DNA from: an uncultured Pseudomonadota bacterium
Lineage (GTDB): Bacteria > Pseudomonadota > Alphaproteobacteria > Rs-D84
Assembly: GCA_949283535.1 (NCBI GenBank)
Contig: CASDTC010000008.1
Coordinates: 2,717-66,716 of the forward strand
Direction: 5' to 3'
Length of the DNA stretch: 64,000 nucleotides
Part shown: positions 19,329 to 31,028 of the stretch, in pieces
Position numbering within the stretch: position 1 is the stretch's first letter
Layout of the letters: each line of letters begins with the position of its first letter
Program-made: the position numbers and the translations under genes
Notes under the pieces: model-generated
Databases searched by the model: none
What the model was told of the DNA's origin: nothing
What the model saw: only the letters and a program-made list of their open reading frames with translations

Positions 19329-20027
19329 TTAGAGAGTTTTTAACAACGCGTCAATTGTTTTCTGATTTAATTCGCGAATTTGTCCCACAGACAGATTTCC
19401 TAGCTTTACACATCCAAACGATATGCGGTGCAATTTGCGCACCGGGCACCCGCATGCACGCAGGACAATTCGAACCTCGTTCTTTTTGCCTTCGTCCACA
19501 CACACGCGCAATTCATTATCTGATAATATATCAATTTGCATTGGGCGATACGATATTCCATCAACAGTAATACCGTGGCGCGCACGGTCCAGCGCATGTG
19601 CATCTATTTTATTCACTGTTGCAATATATACCCGTGGTATATGCGATGATGGCAATGTTAATTTGCGCGCAAATTCCCCATCATTGGTCAGCAACAATAA
19701 TCCAGTTGTCTTATAATCCAGGCGACCAACATATTTCAAATTTCTGTATTCAGACGACAAACAGTCATAAATTGTTTTGCGCCCCGCCGGATCACGCGTG
19801 GTCGTCATCGTGTTTATTGGTTTATTAAAGGCGTACAGTTTTGTGTTCACCCGTGGTACAATTGGGATACCATTTATTTCAACAATATCTGATGTATCAA
19901 CAAAGAAAACAGGACTGTCTATCTTTGTGCCATTTACGGAAACAATTCCGCGTGATATCATATCTTCGGCACTGCGCCGCGATGCAACGCCAGAATCAGC
20001 AATAAATTTTGCAATGCGTGTTTTCAT
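19329..20027 (-). CDS. RsuA/RluB-family pseudouridine synthase
   Basis: RIAKFIA..G.ASRR.AE (S4), VGRLDYKTTGLLLLTNDG, EGKKNEVR. Confidence 0.92.
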   Translation of the reverse strand: MKTRIAKFIADSGVASRRSAEDMISRGIVSVNGTKIDSPVFFVDTSDIVEINGIPIVPRVNTKLYAFNKPINTMTTTRDPAGRKTIYDCLSSEYRNLKYVGRLDYKTTGLLLLTNDGEFARKLTLPSSHIPRVYIATVNKIDAHALDRARHGITVDGISYRPMQIDILSDNELRVCVDEGKKNEVRIVLRACGCPVRKLHRISFGCVKLGNLSVGQIRELNQKTIDALLKTL

Positions 20028-20680
20028 TCCGTTATTTTACTGATTGCAATTGCTGCCGCCAATTCGGCACGCAATATTGTTCTTCCTAAACTGATTCCAA
20101 TTGCCCCCGCCGCGTCCAATGCCGCAAATTCATTGTCGGAAAATCCACCTTCGGGACCAATCAATATTGATTTTGCATTATGTGCAGTTTTTGGCAATTT
20201 GACCCCATATGCCGCGCGTTCATCGGCGAATACAATATTTTTTAAATCCAATTCTGTAAATTTCTGTGGTGGCAAAATTTTTGGCACACTGTTGCGATTT
20301 GATTGCTCTGATGCCTCTATCACAATTTTTTCCATGCGCGACCAATTTATATGTTCGGCATTTGTTCGTTCTGTGATAACCGGCAAAAATGCCGCAACAC
20401 CCATTTGGGTTGCCATGTTCATTAAATCATCAGTCCGCTTAATTGGCGCAAACATTAATGTTATATTGCTTGATGGGTCGGTGTGTGCCGTTTGCGCGCC
20501 AATAATTATATTTTTATCATCATCAGACAATCTTGCCGTATATTCATACCCACCACCAAAAGCAATACAATCGCGACGGCGCATGACACGCGTTAAATAG
20601 TGTGATATATTCGCACCGACCGGAATAATGGCACCAGTTTTTATATTATCACCAACAAAAATACGCGGGATATTTTTCAT
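20024..20680 (-). CDS. rsmE: 16S rRNA m3U1498 methyltransferase
   Basis: HYLTRVMR, EASEQS.R, IGPEGGFS, LG.TILRAE. Confidence 0.93.
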   Translation of the reverse strand: MKNIPRIFVGDNIKTGAIIPVGANISHYLTRVMRRRDCIAFGGGYEYTARLSDDDKNIIIGAQTAHTDPSSNITLMFAPIKRTDDLMNMATQMGVAAFLPVITERTNAEHINWSRMEKIVIEASEQSNRNSVPKILPPQKFTELDLKNIVFADERAAYGVKLPKTAHNAKSILIGPEGGFSDNEFAALDAAGAIGISLGRTILRAELAAAIAISKITE

Positions 20681-20737
20681 ATGTTTTTTTTATTTCCCGT
20701 TTTATCATTGATTAATTTTCTGGTATAATATAACACA

Positions 20738-22960
20738 ATGGTTGAAAAGTTCAAGATTTTATCCGCCGGCGGAAAGTCCAAAGGCTTGAATATATTCAAG
20801 TCCAGCGCATATAAAGAAACAATGCGCGGACCAATGGCGTCAATATTCTGGTCAATGCGTTGGGCAATTGGAATATGGCTGGTTTGCGCATTGGCATTTG
20901 CGTTATCTTTTTGGATTGAACATATTTGGCGATATGGCTGGTCGCCAGCCACCGCGCATTGGACATCATTGTATTTTCAAAATATGTTAACCAGTGGTGG
21001 GATGTCAGTTATTGCAGAAATTCCGGCATGGTTTATGCGAACATTGCTGCGAACCGATTTGGCATGCATGACGCCACTGTTGCCAATTATTGCATATTTC
21101 TTTATGGCGGACAGCACGCTGGTCAAAGAATTTAACCCGTACAGCAGTGATAAACTGGATGACAAGTCTTCTAATAAAGCCACAAAAGAAGATATTGAAA
21201 AAATGGGGCTGTTAAAGGGTTTTATGATGGTATTGGGGTATTTTAAGAAAAAGCCGTTAATGATGAACGAATGTTTGTCGGCACTGTGCGTGGCGCCCCC
21301 GGGGACTGGTAAAACACAAGGCGTTGTTTTGCCAACAATTCTTGAATGCAATAATGTATCGATGATTATTAATGACCCAAAGCCAGAACTGTATCAAACT
21401 TCATCGGCATATCGGTCAACAATTGGTCCGGTATTCATTATGAATTGGGCGGGTCAGGATGATCCAGAACGCGGGATTTATTATCCATCGTGGAATCCAT
21501 TGTCCCCAGAACATGTACCATTTAACCAGGAACAGCGCGATCTGTATATTGATTCTATGTGTAAAGTATTAATTCCAGACAGGCAAGGATCATCAGCGGA
21601 TCCACACTGGACAATATCTGGTCGGTCGGCATTATCAGGACTAGTTCAATTTATTGTGTCAAAAATAGAACGCGCCAAGGCAGATGATTATTTCTGTGCC
21701 CGAATAACATCGGGGGCATTTGATGCCGAAGATGCCGCCGTATTGGGTGATTATTATCTGTCAATGATGAATGATGCAAATGCATATGCCGCATATGCAC
21801 TGTTGCAACGCGGCGAATTAAATGCAATGAATTATGTCCATATCGGGACATGGGAAAATATCCCAGATGCATGGCATGGACGCGAAGCATCTTTGTCCAT
21901 GATTCTGGATTGGTTGAACAGCAGTCAAATTGCCATGGCGCAACAAATTGAAGAACGTCGCCGCGCGGGTGATCAAATGGCGGCACTGGCGGACCCAATG
22001 TACGATTTGTTAACAAATGCTGTTAACGAGGCGCGTCAATATTCATATGCACACCGCGCTGTGCTGGAATTAACCCAATTGGCAAATACGCCAGATAAAG
22101 AACGCGGTTCTATTGTATCCACTGTTATGGAAGGTTTATCAATATTCCGTAATGCGGCGGTCAGGAACCGAACCAGTCATTCAGACTTTCATTTTGCTGA
22201 TTTGCGCGGAATGGTTGATCCACGCGATGGCAAGGTAAAGCCTGTGACCGTGTATCTGTCTATTAATATGGTTGATGCCCAGGCATTAAACCCAATTACC
22301 GGGATATTTATTGAATTAATGACGAATTTCTTGTTATCAAACCCGCCAGAGGTTGAACGCGATGGGCGTAAATTGGGGCCATATCCGGTGCTGTTCGTGT
22401 TGGACGAAATGCCAAAAATGCAAAAACTGGACGCGGTTATCCAGGGACCAGATCTGGGGCGTGGACAGAAAATATCATATTTAATCATTGGTCAAGATAT
22501 TCACCAGATTCAGGAAAAATACGGCGCAGATGCCGCCGCAACAATTATTTCCACAACCGCGGCAAAGGTTGTTATGCGTCAAAACGATCCAGATACCGCA
22601 CGCAGATTTTCTGATATGATGGGGTATAAAATGAAGATGAAAACTGTCAAGGGTCCAGACGGCAAGGACAAGGAAGAAAAAACCGAAGAATTATTATATA
22701 CACCAATGGATATCATGAAACTGGATGATAAAAAGCAACTGGTTATTTTCCAGGGATGGTATCATCGCCCGATAGAGGCAGACAAGCAATATGCATTCAG
22801 CGACCCGCGCCTGGCGGGATATATGGCGATGGGCGCATGCAGTCCGTTGCCTGAATTCTTGATTCCATCGCATCATGCGGCATTGGGCTATTCGGGGCGT
22901 CCGCGTATTTATATACCACAAACAAAAGAGATTAAGGAATTGGAACCGGTTGCGAAATAA
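20738..22960 (+). CDS. virD4: Type IV secretion coupling protein, VirD4/TraG family
   Basis: N-terminal TM helices; Walker A APPGTGKT..V.P; NDPKPEL; WNPL; Walker B VLDEMPKM; QD..Q....YG. Confidence 0.9.
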   Translation: MVEKFKILSAGGKSKGLNIFKSSAYKETMRGPMASIFWSMRWAIGIWLVCALAFALSFWIEHIWRYGWSPATAHWTSLYFQNMLTSGGMSVIAEIPAWFMRTLLRTDLACMTPLLPIIAYFFMADSTLVKEFNPYSSDKLDDKSSNKATKEDIEKMGLLKGFMMVLGYFKKKPLMMNECLSALCVAPPGTGKTQGVVLPTILECNNVSMIINDPKPELYQTSSAYRSTIGPVFIMNWAGQDDPERGIYYPSWNPLSPEHVPFNQEQRDLYIDSMCKVLIPDRQGSSADPHWTISGRSALSGLVQFIVSKIERAKADDYFCARITSGAFDAEDAAVLGDYYLSMMNDANAYAAYALLQRGELNAMNYVHIGTWENIPDAWHGREASLSMILDWLNSSQIAMAQQIEERRRAGDQMAALADPMYDLLTNAVNEARQYSYAHRAVLELTQLANTPDKERGSIVSTVMEGLSIFRNAAVRNRTSHSDFHFADLRGMVDPRDGKVKPVTVYLSINMVDAQALNPITGIFIELMTNFLLSNPPEVERDGRKLGPYPVLFVLDEMPKMQKLDAVIQGPDLGRGQKISYLIIGQDIHQIQEKYGADAAATIISTTAAKVVMRQNDPDTARRFSDMMGYKMKMKTVKGPDGKDKEEKTEELLYTPMDIMKLDDKKQLVIFQGWYHRPIEADKQYAFSDPRLAGYMAMGACSPLPEFLIPSHHAALGYSGRPRIYIPQTKEIKELEPVAK

Positions 22961-23055
22961 CCAGACGATGGGTTATTGATTTCAAAACATATAATCTGGT
23001 GGGAAAAAATCCAATTCAGGGTAAGTTATTTTCATCAGTATAACAACGGTAAAAC

Positions 23056-24096
23056 TTAGAATGTCAATCGTAGACCAGCGGATAAAAATGGTGTTTCGGT
23101 TGTCATACCCAGCGAAACCCAACAATCAACATTTTCACTGTATTTATATCGAAATGATGCGATTGCAGTGTGATCCATATAATCTTTGACATCGCGGTTC
23201 CAAATGCCGGTGTCCGAAAAGATATATGTTAATGACACGCTGTAATTTAAAATATCATAACTGACCCCGGTACCCAGCGCCAATCCATCTGATACGGGAC
23301 CAATTGGATCTTGGTCATAAATAACACGACCGGTCAGTCCAAACATCCAACTGTTATACTGCAAATTCATTCCACCAGAAATCTGGGCGCGCCAATCAGC
23401 ATTTACGCGCGGTGTATATGCATCAGTGCGATAATTATCAGGATGCGACATAAATGATGCACCAAATGAATATGCGGTTTTAACCTTGCCCGATGGGTGG
23501 CGTATTTTTATACCCGCATCAATTGCATAATCGTAATTATCTGTTATCCCCGATACAGACAATCCATATTGCGCCGCACCAACCGGCATTGTTGCCAGAT
23601 TTATACGCAATGCACTGCGTCCAGTGGTTAATGTTGTATCGGAAATAACCGGACCTGCCGGCGTAATTTTTTTATAAAACAGCGGTTTATCATTCACACG
23701 CAGACCGCCAACATCGGGCAATCCAACCCCCAGTTTACGCGCAATCGAATCTGTAAAACCGATTTCTGCACGACCATAATGACGATTTTGCCAGTATGCG
23801 AATCCTTCACGCATGTATTTATCTTCATCAACCGCGGCGGCATCGATTGCGTATACCAATCCCAATGTATTGGTATCTGTTGCACGCCAATCCATTTCAC
23901 CACGAACGCGCCAATCCCCAATAAAATCAGGCGTTTCAAAATCGGGTTCCAGGATTCCCGCCGTACCATATCCAGTCAATTTTAATCCAACCCGACCAAT
24001 ATCATAACGCAATGCATGCGCCGCACTGGGGATAATGGACACAGAACACATAAGTGCAGTCACACAAATTAAACGCGACAAATCTTTATAAATCAT
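23056..24096 (-). CDS. Outer-membrane porin
   Basis: Signal peptide, alternating beta-strand pattern, YGRAEIG motif, C-terminal GLRLTF. Confidence 0.75.
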   Translation of the reverse strand: MIYKDLSRLICVTALMCSVSIIPSAAHALRYDIGRVGLKLTGYGTAGILEPDFETPDFIGDWRVRGEMDWRATDTNTLGLVYAIDAAAVDEDKYMREGFAYWQNRHYGRAEIGFTDSIARKLGVGLPDVGGLRVNDKPLFYKKITPAGPVISDTTLTTGRSALRINLATMPVGAAQYGLSVSGITDNYDYAIDAGIKIRHPSGKVKTAYSFGASFMSHPDNYRTDAYTPRVNADWRAQISGGMNLQYNSWMFGLTGRVIYDQDPIGPVSDGLALGTGVSYDILNYSVSLTYIFSDTGIWNRDVKDYMDHTAIASFRYKYSENVDCWVSLGMTTETPFLSAGLRLTF

Positions 24097-25010
24097 TATT
24101 TTTGTCCTTGGGCTTCGGTTAAAATTGCATCGCGTAATTTTTTATATGCGCGTTCTTCGATTTGGCGAACGCGTTCACGCGATATACCGTATTTTTGTGA
24201 TAATGCCTCTAATGTCAATGCGGGGTCAGACAGGCGCCGTGCAACCAATATTTCACGATCACGCGGGCTTAATTCGTTTAAGTGCTTTTGCAATAATTCA
24301 TATCCCCGGCGGCGAAATTCCATTTGTTCCATACTGTCCTGGATACTGTTTTTTTCATCAGGCATATTTGATAATATATCCCGCGCGTCATCATCAGAAT
24401 GCGCCGGCGAATTCAATGAAACATCACGCGCAGACATACGGGTCGACATACGCCGCACATCATTTTCTGGGACATTCAGGTAATCGGCAATTTGTTTTGT
24501 CTGGTCATCAGACAAATTACCATCCATTATCCCCAGCGCACGCCGCGCACGCGCCAGGTTGAAAAACACCCGTTTCTGATTTGCGGATGTGCCAATCTTT
24601 ACAATTGACCAATTCTGTAAAATTGTTTCGTAAATTTCAGCCCGCACCCAGAACATTGCGTATGTCGAAAATCTGAATCCCTTTTCTGGGTCGAATTTTT
24701 GTAATGCCTGCATCAGCCCCATATTGCCACTGGCAATCAAATCGCCAAACGGTACGCCATAATTACGAAAATCATACGCAACCGATACAACCATGCGCAG
24801 ATGACTGGCCACCAATTTTTCCGCCGCCGCCGCATCATGGTCACGCACCCATTTGGTGGCATATTCATATTCTTCGGATGCCGACAAAATTGGAATTTTT
24901 TGCACATTTTGAATGTACTGGGTCAGGCTGGTTTCGTCATTAACACCACGCGCAGAAACCAGGCTTTGATTTTGTACAGTTGGTAAAGCGTTCTTGATTT
25001 GCTTTTTCAT
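24096..25010 (-). CDS. rpoH: RNA polymerase sigma-32 factor
   Basis: GLMQA..KFDPEKGFRFSTYAMFW; RpoH box QKRVFFNL; region 4 ISRERVRQIE. Confidence 0.92.
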   Translation of the reverse strand: MKKQIKNALPTVQNQSLVSARGVNDETSLTQYIQNVQKIPILSASEEYEYATKWVRDHDAAAAEKLVASHLRMVVSVAYDFRNYGVPFGDLIASGNMGLMQALQKFDPEKGFRFSTYAMFWVRAEIYETILQNWSIVKIGTSANQKRVFFNLARARRALGIMDGNLSDDQTKQIADYLNVPENDVRRMSTRMSARDVSLNSPAHSDDDARDILSNMPDEKNSIQDSMEQMEFRRRGYELLQKHLNELSPRDREILVARRLSDPALTLEALSQKYGISRERVRQIEERAYKKLRDAILTEAQGQK

Positions 25011-25076
25011 AACTTTTATAGTATAGCAATAAATTAAGATTTATCAAGGCACCATAATAAAACAGGAGATTTTTCC

Positions 25077-25727
25077 ATGGCATCGATTTTGGAAAGAAAC
25101 AAAAAAACTGCACAAAAGAAAAAAACACGCGAAGAATACGCCGAAGACGCCCTGTATCGCGAGGTTTGGGAAGAAGTAAACAACGAAAAAACAATGGCGT
25201 TCGTCAAGAAATATTCCCGATATATTATCGCGGTGGCATTGGGTATAATGATTATAGCAACGGCAATTCAAATTGGTGTACGCGCGTACCGGACAAATAA
25301 AATCGCAACCGCGGAAACATATGAAACCGCGATTAATAAAATGGATGTCAATATGCTGAACGCGGTTGCAGAAAACGCAAATGGCGCAACCGCAGATTTG
25401 GCACAATTCCAGGCATATATGTTAAGTGGTGATATCGAAACACTGGAAAAATTGGCGCAAAATGGCGATTCACGCGATTTTCGTGATTTGGCACGACTGC
25501 ATATTGTCGGATTGCGCGGTGATGATATGACCGCGGCGGCGGTCGAAGATTATCTGGCACCACTGGATACAAAAAAATCACCATATTATTACACCAGTCG
25601 TCTGATTGTCGCACAAAAGTATCTGGCAGATGGTAATCGTGATGCGGCAAATAAATGGCTGGATGTGATAATTAATGATGCGGACGCGCCAAATGTTATA
25701 TCGGCAACTGCACAGACATTACGATAA
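25077..25727 (+). CDS. YfgM-like ancillary SecYEG subunit / TPR-like protein
   Basis: LYREV.EEV, one TM helix, helical periplasmic domain; upstream of bamB-like gene and der. Confidence 0.7.
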   Translation: MASILERNKKTAQKKKTREEYAEDALYREVWEEVNNEKTMAFVKKYSRYIIAVALGIMIIATAIQIGVRAYRTNKIATAETYETAINKMDVNMLNAVAENANGATADLAQFQAYMLSGDIETLEKLAQNGDSRDFRDLARLHIVGLRGDDMTAAAVEDYLAPLDTKKSPYYYTSRLIVAQKYLADGNRDAANKWLDVIINDADAPNVISATAQTLR

Positions 25728-25744
25728 ACAAAGGATTTTATAAT

Positions 25745-26470
25745 ATGCGAAAATTTGCTGTCGCTGTGATATGTTTGGGGGTATTGGGGGCATGTTCAGA
25801 ACATGATCCAATATTGCCAGGTGTGCGTACGCCGATATTCGACACCACAGAAATTGATGTAATGAATATCAATATCCCAGATTTGCCAGACGCAATCGAT
25901 ATGAATGTGGCGAATTGCCCATATACACGCGATGAAAATAATATTATATGGGACGGCGACAGAAAAATTTTCAGCGGATTTCCAACAAATAATTCTGTGG
26001 CAGGGAACCAGGCGCCTGTTTGTGACGGTGGATATGTGTATGCAGGGCTGACGACGGGTGAACTGGTCAAGGTTGCACCCAAATCACGCAAAATCATGTG
26101 GATTGCCGATATTTTTCGTCCCAGTAATATGACTGGTGGCGCATCGATTCTGGATATTGTCGCACCGGTTGTTGTTCATGGAAATGCGGTTTATGCCGGC
26201 GGATTGGGTGATGCATTTTGTCGCATAAACAATGCGTCTGGGTCAAAAAAATGGTGTTTGGAAATTGGTACCGCATATCCATTTATTATAACTGGCAATG
26301 CCGCATTTGTTATGGCAACAGATAACAACCTGTATGCAGTGCGAACATCTGATGGTGCGGTATATTGGCGCACGAAAATTGATGCCCAGGCGGCGCCAAA
26401 ATATGAAAACAAAATAATAACCGTTGGCAAACAAAAAATAGATGCCGAATCAGGAAAACAGATTGAATAA
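25745..26470 (+). CDS. Short BamB-like PQQ beta-propeller lipoprotein
   Basis: LGAC lipobox, ILPG.R, repeated P.V.G..VY....G....W blades; only 241 aa. Confidence 0.75.
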   Translation: MRKFAVAVICLGVLGACSEHDPILPGVRTPIFDTTEIDVMNINIPDLPDAIDMNVANCPYTRDENNIIWDGDRKIFSGFPTNNSVAGNQAPVCDGGYVYAGLTTGELVKVAPKSRKIMWIADIFRPSNMTGGASILDIVAPVVVHGNAVYAGGLGDAFCRINNASGSKKWCLEIGTAYPFIITGNAAFVMATDNNLYAVRTSDGAVYWRTKIDAQAAPKYENKIITVGKQKIDAESGKQIE

Positions 26471-26497
26471 AAAAATCCCGCGTTTGCGGGATTTTTT
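26469..26497. terminator. Bidirectional intrinsic terminator
   Basis: AAAAAATCCCGC-GTTT-GCGGGATTTTTT. Confidence 0.85.
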
Positions 26498-26510
26498 ATA
26501 AACAATATTA

Positions 26511-27107
26511 TTATAACAAGCATGCCAATGTTGCACTGGTATTTTTCAGCATGAACCAGCCAATACGATAATCTGTGGCGTATACTGTTGCCAAGAATAA
26601 TGCCAATATTCCAATTACAACGATAACATTCGCGCGTTTGCCACGCATGCAATATACCGCAATATTATAAAACAGGAACAGTATATATACATCAACCAGT
26701 AAACTGATAATCCACATTGATGTACAATTAAATGCCAATGCATTTAAAACCAATACAACGGGATATATAAAAAACACAGATGCCAATCCCTTGACCGCGA
26801 TTTCCCAATCGCGTTCGCCACCGGTAATTTCAGACACCAACATCATCAGTCCACCCATAACAAACAATAATGCGACCGCCAATACCGGAACAATAATTAT
26901 TGCGGTAAATACCGAACCAATCGTTATTGTTGCCCCACCGATTAAGCGCAATAATAATACCAAGCATCCGCCAATCAGACCGTATATAAACGCCTTTAAC
27001 ATGGATTCTTCCATATTTCCATCGGCAACAATTTTCGTAAAATATCGCTTTGGATTAATCAGGATGTCTTTTACATGTTTCAGACCGTTTTTGATTTTTT
27101 TCATCAT
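26511..27107 (-). CDS. YIP1-family multi-pass membrane protein
   Basis: IL.NP..YF N-terminus and about 5 TM helices. Confidence 0.65.
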   Translation of the reverse strand: MMKKIKNGLKHVKDILINPKRYFTKIVADGNMEESMLKAFIYGLIGGCLVLLLRLIGGATITIGSVFTAIIIVPVLAVALLFVMGGLMMLVSEITGGERDWEIAVKGLASVFFIYPVVLVLNALAFNCTSMWIISLLVDVYILFLFYNIAVYCMRGKRANVIVVIGILALFLATVYATDYRIGWFMLKNTSATLACLL

Positions 27108-27160
27108 TTCACACCCCCATTTGATTATTTATATTTTTGCTTTATAATTAAAAAAAATCA

Positions 27161-28504
27161 ATGGAAAAAGTAATGTTTAAGATAACTATCGCTGGGCGCC
27201 CAAATACGGGCAAATCAACACTATTTAATGCATTGACGGGAACGCGCGATGCATTGGTTCATGACAGACCCGGGGTCACGCGCGACACAATTGGTGGTAC
27301 GGTACGAAACCGTCCATGGGAAATTTTTGATACAGCCGGACTGGAAAGCACGCGTGGCGAACTGGAAAAAAATTCCACCGATATGGCATTGGATGCAATT
27401 GCATCGTCTGATGCGGTTTTATTTGTTGTTGACGGGCGGGTTGGATTAACGCATGCCGATACAGAATGGGCGCGAATGGTACGCCGCAAAACGCGGGCGC
27501 CAGTATTATTATTGGTTAACAAATCAGAATCTGGGCGCCGTATGGCGGACACACATGAATTTTATAAATTGGGTTTTGGTGAACCAATAATGATTTCCGC
27601 AGAACATAAATCAGGATTTGATGCAATATACGAATTTATGGATAAAATTGCAGGCGATACAGAAAATAATATCGATACAAATACAAATGAAAAAAAATTA
27701 AAAATTGCCATTTTGGGTCAACCGAATGTTGGTAAATCAACACTGGTAAATCGTGTATTGGGGCAAACGCGCCAGATTGTTATGGACGCCCCCGGTATTA
27801 CACGCGACACAGTAAAAATACCAACAAATTTTTATGGGCGCGATATTATATTAATGGATACCGCCGGACTGCGCCGCAAGGCGGGTGTGCGTGATGATGT
27901 TGAAACATTATCGGCGCTGAAATCATTGGACGCGATTGAAAAATCAGATGTTGTTATTCTGGTTGTTGATGCGACACGAAATATTGAAAACCAGGCGTTG
28001 GGAATCGCATCGCGCGTTTATGACGCAGGTAAAATATTATGTGTTGCATTAAATAAATGGGATTTGGTTGCCCCAGAAATTCGCGATGAAAAATTGTTAA
28101 AATTAAAACACCAATTTACAAATTCTTTTCACCAGATTATAAAGCCAATGATTTTAGCAATATCAGCAGAAACAGGAACGGGTGTTCGCAATATGTTTCG
28201 CCGAATATACGAACAATGGGATATATCAAACACAGACGCCCCAACCAGTTTAATTAATCGTATTGTTGAAAAATTAATTGATGCGCGCCAGCCGCCAATG
28301 TCGCGATTAAAGCGACCAATGAAAATAAAATTTGCGCGCCAGACCGGGCGTCACCCAATGAAAATAACAATAAATGTTGGGGGGGCATCTGATATTCCAG
28401 AATCATACACGCGTTATCTGCGCCGTGGATTGGCGGATGCATTACATTGGGAACATTTACCTGTTGTAATTGAATATAAAAAAGATGATAATCCATTTGA
28501 TTGA
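27161..28504 (+). CDS. der: Ribosome biogenesis GTPase Der
   Basis: Two G domains: GRPNTGKSTLFN, GQPNVGKSTL, PG.TRD, DTAG, NK motifs. Confidence 0.96.
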   Translation: MEKVMFKITIAGRPNTGKSTLFNALTGTRDALVHDRPGVTRDTIGGTVRNRPWEIFDTAGLESTRGELEKNSTDMALDAIASSDAVLFVVDGRVGLTHADTEWARMVRRKTRAPVLLLVNKSESGRRMADTHEFYKLGFGEPIMISAEHKSGFDAIYEFMDKIAGDTENNIDTNTNEKKLKIAILGQPNVGKSTLVNRVLGQTRQIVMDAPGITRDTVKIPTNFYGRDIILMDTAGLRRKAGVRDDVETLSALKSLDAIEKSDVVILVVDATRNIENQALGIASRVYDAGKILCVALNKWDLVAPEIRDEKLLKLKHQFTNSFHQIIKPMILAISAETGTGVRNMFRRIYEQWDISNTDAPTSLINRIVEKLIDARQPPMSRLKRPMKIKFARQTGRHPMKITINVGGASDIPESYTRYLRRGLADALHWEHLPVVIEYKKDDNPFD

Positions 28505-28586
28505 TACGCCAATATCAATCCATGGTCTAAGAAAAAATCCCGACATGCTTCAAACCATATCGGGATTTTTATTTATTTGTTATGAA

Positions 28587-30986
28587 TTACAATTTTGCAC
28601 GAACTTCTTGCACTTCATAGCATTCGACACGGTCGCCTTCTTTCAGGTCATTATATTTATCAAATGACATACCGAATTCGACACCGGCGCCAGATACTTC
28701 TTTGACTTCATTCTTTTCGCGGCGCAGTTCACCAATTTTGCCGTCATAAATAACGATATTATTACGCAACAGGCGAACAAATGCGTCTTTCTTTATAACA
28801 CCTTCGGATACACGACAACCAGCAACACGAATACCCTTGCCCACGGTGAACAATGCGATAACATCGGCATATCCGATAAAGTTTTCTTTTCTTTCTGGTG
28901 CCAATTTGCCAGCCAGGATTTCTTTGATTTCATCCGTAATGCGATATACAACACTGTGATAACGAATATCAACACCATTTGCACGCGCCATATCACGAAC
29001 CGCCGCATCCGCGCGAACATTAAACGCAATAATAACCGCACCCGATGCAGATGCCAAGCGAATATCACCTTCGGTAATCTGACCAACGCCGGCAGATAAA
29101 ACATCAACACCAACCTTGTCCGTGTTTATACCACGCAACATATCGGTTATTGCCTCTACACTGCCCTGGACATCCGCGCGCAACACAATTGGTAATACTA
29201 ACTTTTTATTTTCATCGCGGCGGGCAAATAATTCTTCCAATGATGAACGTTTAACCGCATTTGCCTTATCTTTCATCTTTTGAACGCGATATGCGGCAAC
29301 TTCACGCGCCTGGGCTTCTGTTTCCATGACGCGTAATTCATCGCCCGCATTTGGAACGGAATCCAACCCCAGCACAACAACTGGTTGACCCGGTTTTACA
29401 GATTTAACACGTTCGCCAGATGAATTTATCAGACCGCGCACGCGACCGAATGTTTCACCAACAACAAATACATCGCCAATTTTTAATGTACCTTGGCGAA
29501 TTAATATCGTGGCAGTTGCACCCAGACCGCGTTCCATTTTTGCCTCTACCACATATGCGGCGGCGGGCATATCAGGATCTGCACGCAGGTCCATAACTTC
29601 TGCCTGTAATAAAATTGCTTCTTCTAATTTTTCCAGACCAATATGCTTGGTTGCAGATATTTCAACACATTGAACATCACCACCCATGTCTTCGACCTGA
29701 ACTTCCTGTTGCAACAGGTCTGTTTTGACACGCATTGGATCAGCCTCTGGCAAGTCAATTTTATTAATCGCAACAATGAATGGAACATGCGCTGCACGAA
29801 TATGGTTAATTGCTTCGATTGTCTGGGGCATGATTGAATCATTTGCCGCAACAACCAATACAACAATATCTGCCATTTGGGCGCCACGCGCACGCATTGC
29901 GGTAAATGTTTCATGTCCCGGCGTATCCAGGAATGTTATCATTGCACCAGATTTCGTCTTGACTTCGTACGCGGAAACATGCTGGGTAATGCCACCTGCT
30001 TCGCGTGCGGCAACATTTGCATGGCGGAATGCATCCAACAATGATGTTTTACCATGGTCAACATGTCCAACGACTGTGACCACTGGTGGGCGCGGCTGCA
30101 TATTTTCTGGATTTGGTTCGCGTTCTAATTGATCGGCATATGGCTTTACATCAACACGTTTTACCTTGGCCCCAAATTCACCAGCAATTAATTCAGCGGT
30201 ATCGGCATCAATCGATTGATTTTGTGATGCCATCATACCCATTTCCATTAATTTTTTAATAACATTGCCAACCTTTTCCGCCATGGCAGCCGCCAAATCT
30301 TTGACAGTGATTGTATCCCCCAATGTGACGACATGTTCAACCTTTTGCGGGGCGGTAAATATTGCACGAGCCTTTTCACGGAAACGTTTCAAAGACGCTT
30401 CGGACCGGCGACGATTTGCGCCACGCAATTCAATTTCATCATCGTCATCATCACCACCAATTACAATATCATGCAATGATATTTTTCCCGCCCGTTTAAA
30501 ATCTTTCTTTGAACCGGAATTTTTTGATGGGCGTATGTCTTCATCGTCATTGTTCATTTGACGCGCGCGCGATGCAGAATTAGAAAAGTTTTTCTTTGGT
30601 GCAGGGGCTGGTTTATCTGTGGCGACAGGTACAGGTTCAGCCGTTGATGATGTCGCACTGTTATTTTCACGCGCCGCCAATTGTTCTTTGACCTGTTCAT
30701 ATTCGCGATTTTCGCGTGCAATTTCTGCTTCGCGTGCGGCACGCTGTGCTTCTTCTTCGGCGGCGCGTTTTTTGCGTTCTTCTTCACGCGCGCGGGCAGC
30801 TGCCAAAACCGCGCGCAGTTTTTCGTCCGCCGCGTTATGATGTACCGCGGGCGCGACTGGTTCTTCGCGCAATTCTTTGCTGCCGGGGGCAACCACACGG
30901 CGGCGGCGTTCAACAAACACCGCATCGCCCTTTTTGCTTGCCACCTGATCAATTGTTACAGATTTTCCAAGTGTTAATGTCGCCAT
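28587..30986 (-). CDS. infB: Translation initiation factor IF-2
   Basis: [34 protein letters not shown]. Confidence 0.98.
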   Translation of the reverse strand: MATLTLGKSVTIDQVASKKGDAVFVERRRRVVAPGSKELREEPVAPAVHHNAADEKLRAVLAAARAREEERKKRAAEEEAQRAAREAEIARENREYEQVKEQLAARENNSATSSTAEPVPVATDKPAPAPKKNFSNSASRARQMNNDDEDIRPSKNSGSKKDFKRAGKISLHDIVIGGDDDDDEIELRGANRRRSEASLKRFREKARAIFTAPQKVEHVVTLGDTITVKDLAAAMAEKVGNVIKKLMEMGMMASQNQSIDADTAELIAGEFGAKVKRVDVKPYADQLEREPNPENMQPRPPVVTVVGHVDHGKTSLLDAFRHANVAAREAGGITQHVSAYEVKTKSGAMITFLDTPGHETFTAMRARGAQMADIVVLVVAANDSIMPQTIEAINHIRAAHVPFIVAINKIDLPEADPMRVKTDLLQQEVQVEDMGGDVQCVEISATKHIGLEKLEEAILLQAEVMDLRADPDMPAAAYVVEAKMERGLGATATILIRQGTLKIGDVFVVGETFGRVRGLINSSGERVKSVKPGQPVVVLGLDSVPNAGDELRVMETEAQAREVAAYRVQKMKDKANAVKRSSLEELFARRDENKKLVLPIVLRADVQGSVEAITDMLRGINTDKVGVDVLSAGVGQITEGDIRLASASGAVIIAFNVRADAAVRDMARANGVDIRYHSVVYRITDEIKEILAGKLAPERKENFIGYADVIALFTVGKGIRVAGCRVSEGVIKKDAFVRLLRNNIVIYDGKIGELRREKNEVKEVSGAGVEFGMSFDKYNDLKEGDRVECYEVQEVRAKL

Positions 30987-31028
30987 ATTTCAACCCTAAA
31001 TTCAACCTTTACTGTTTCTGTTGTTTTA

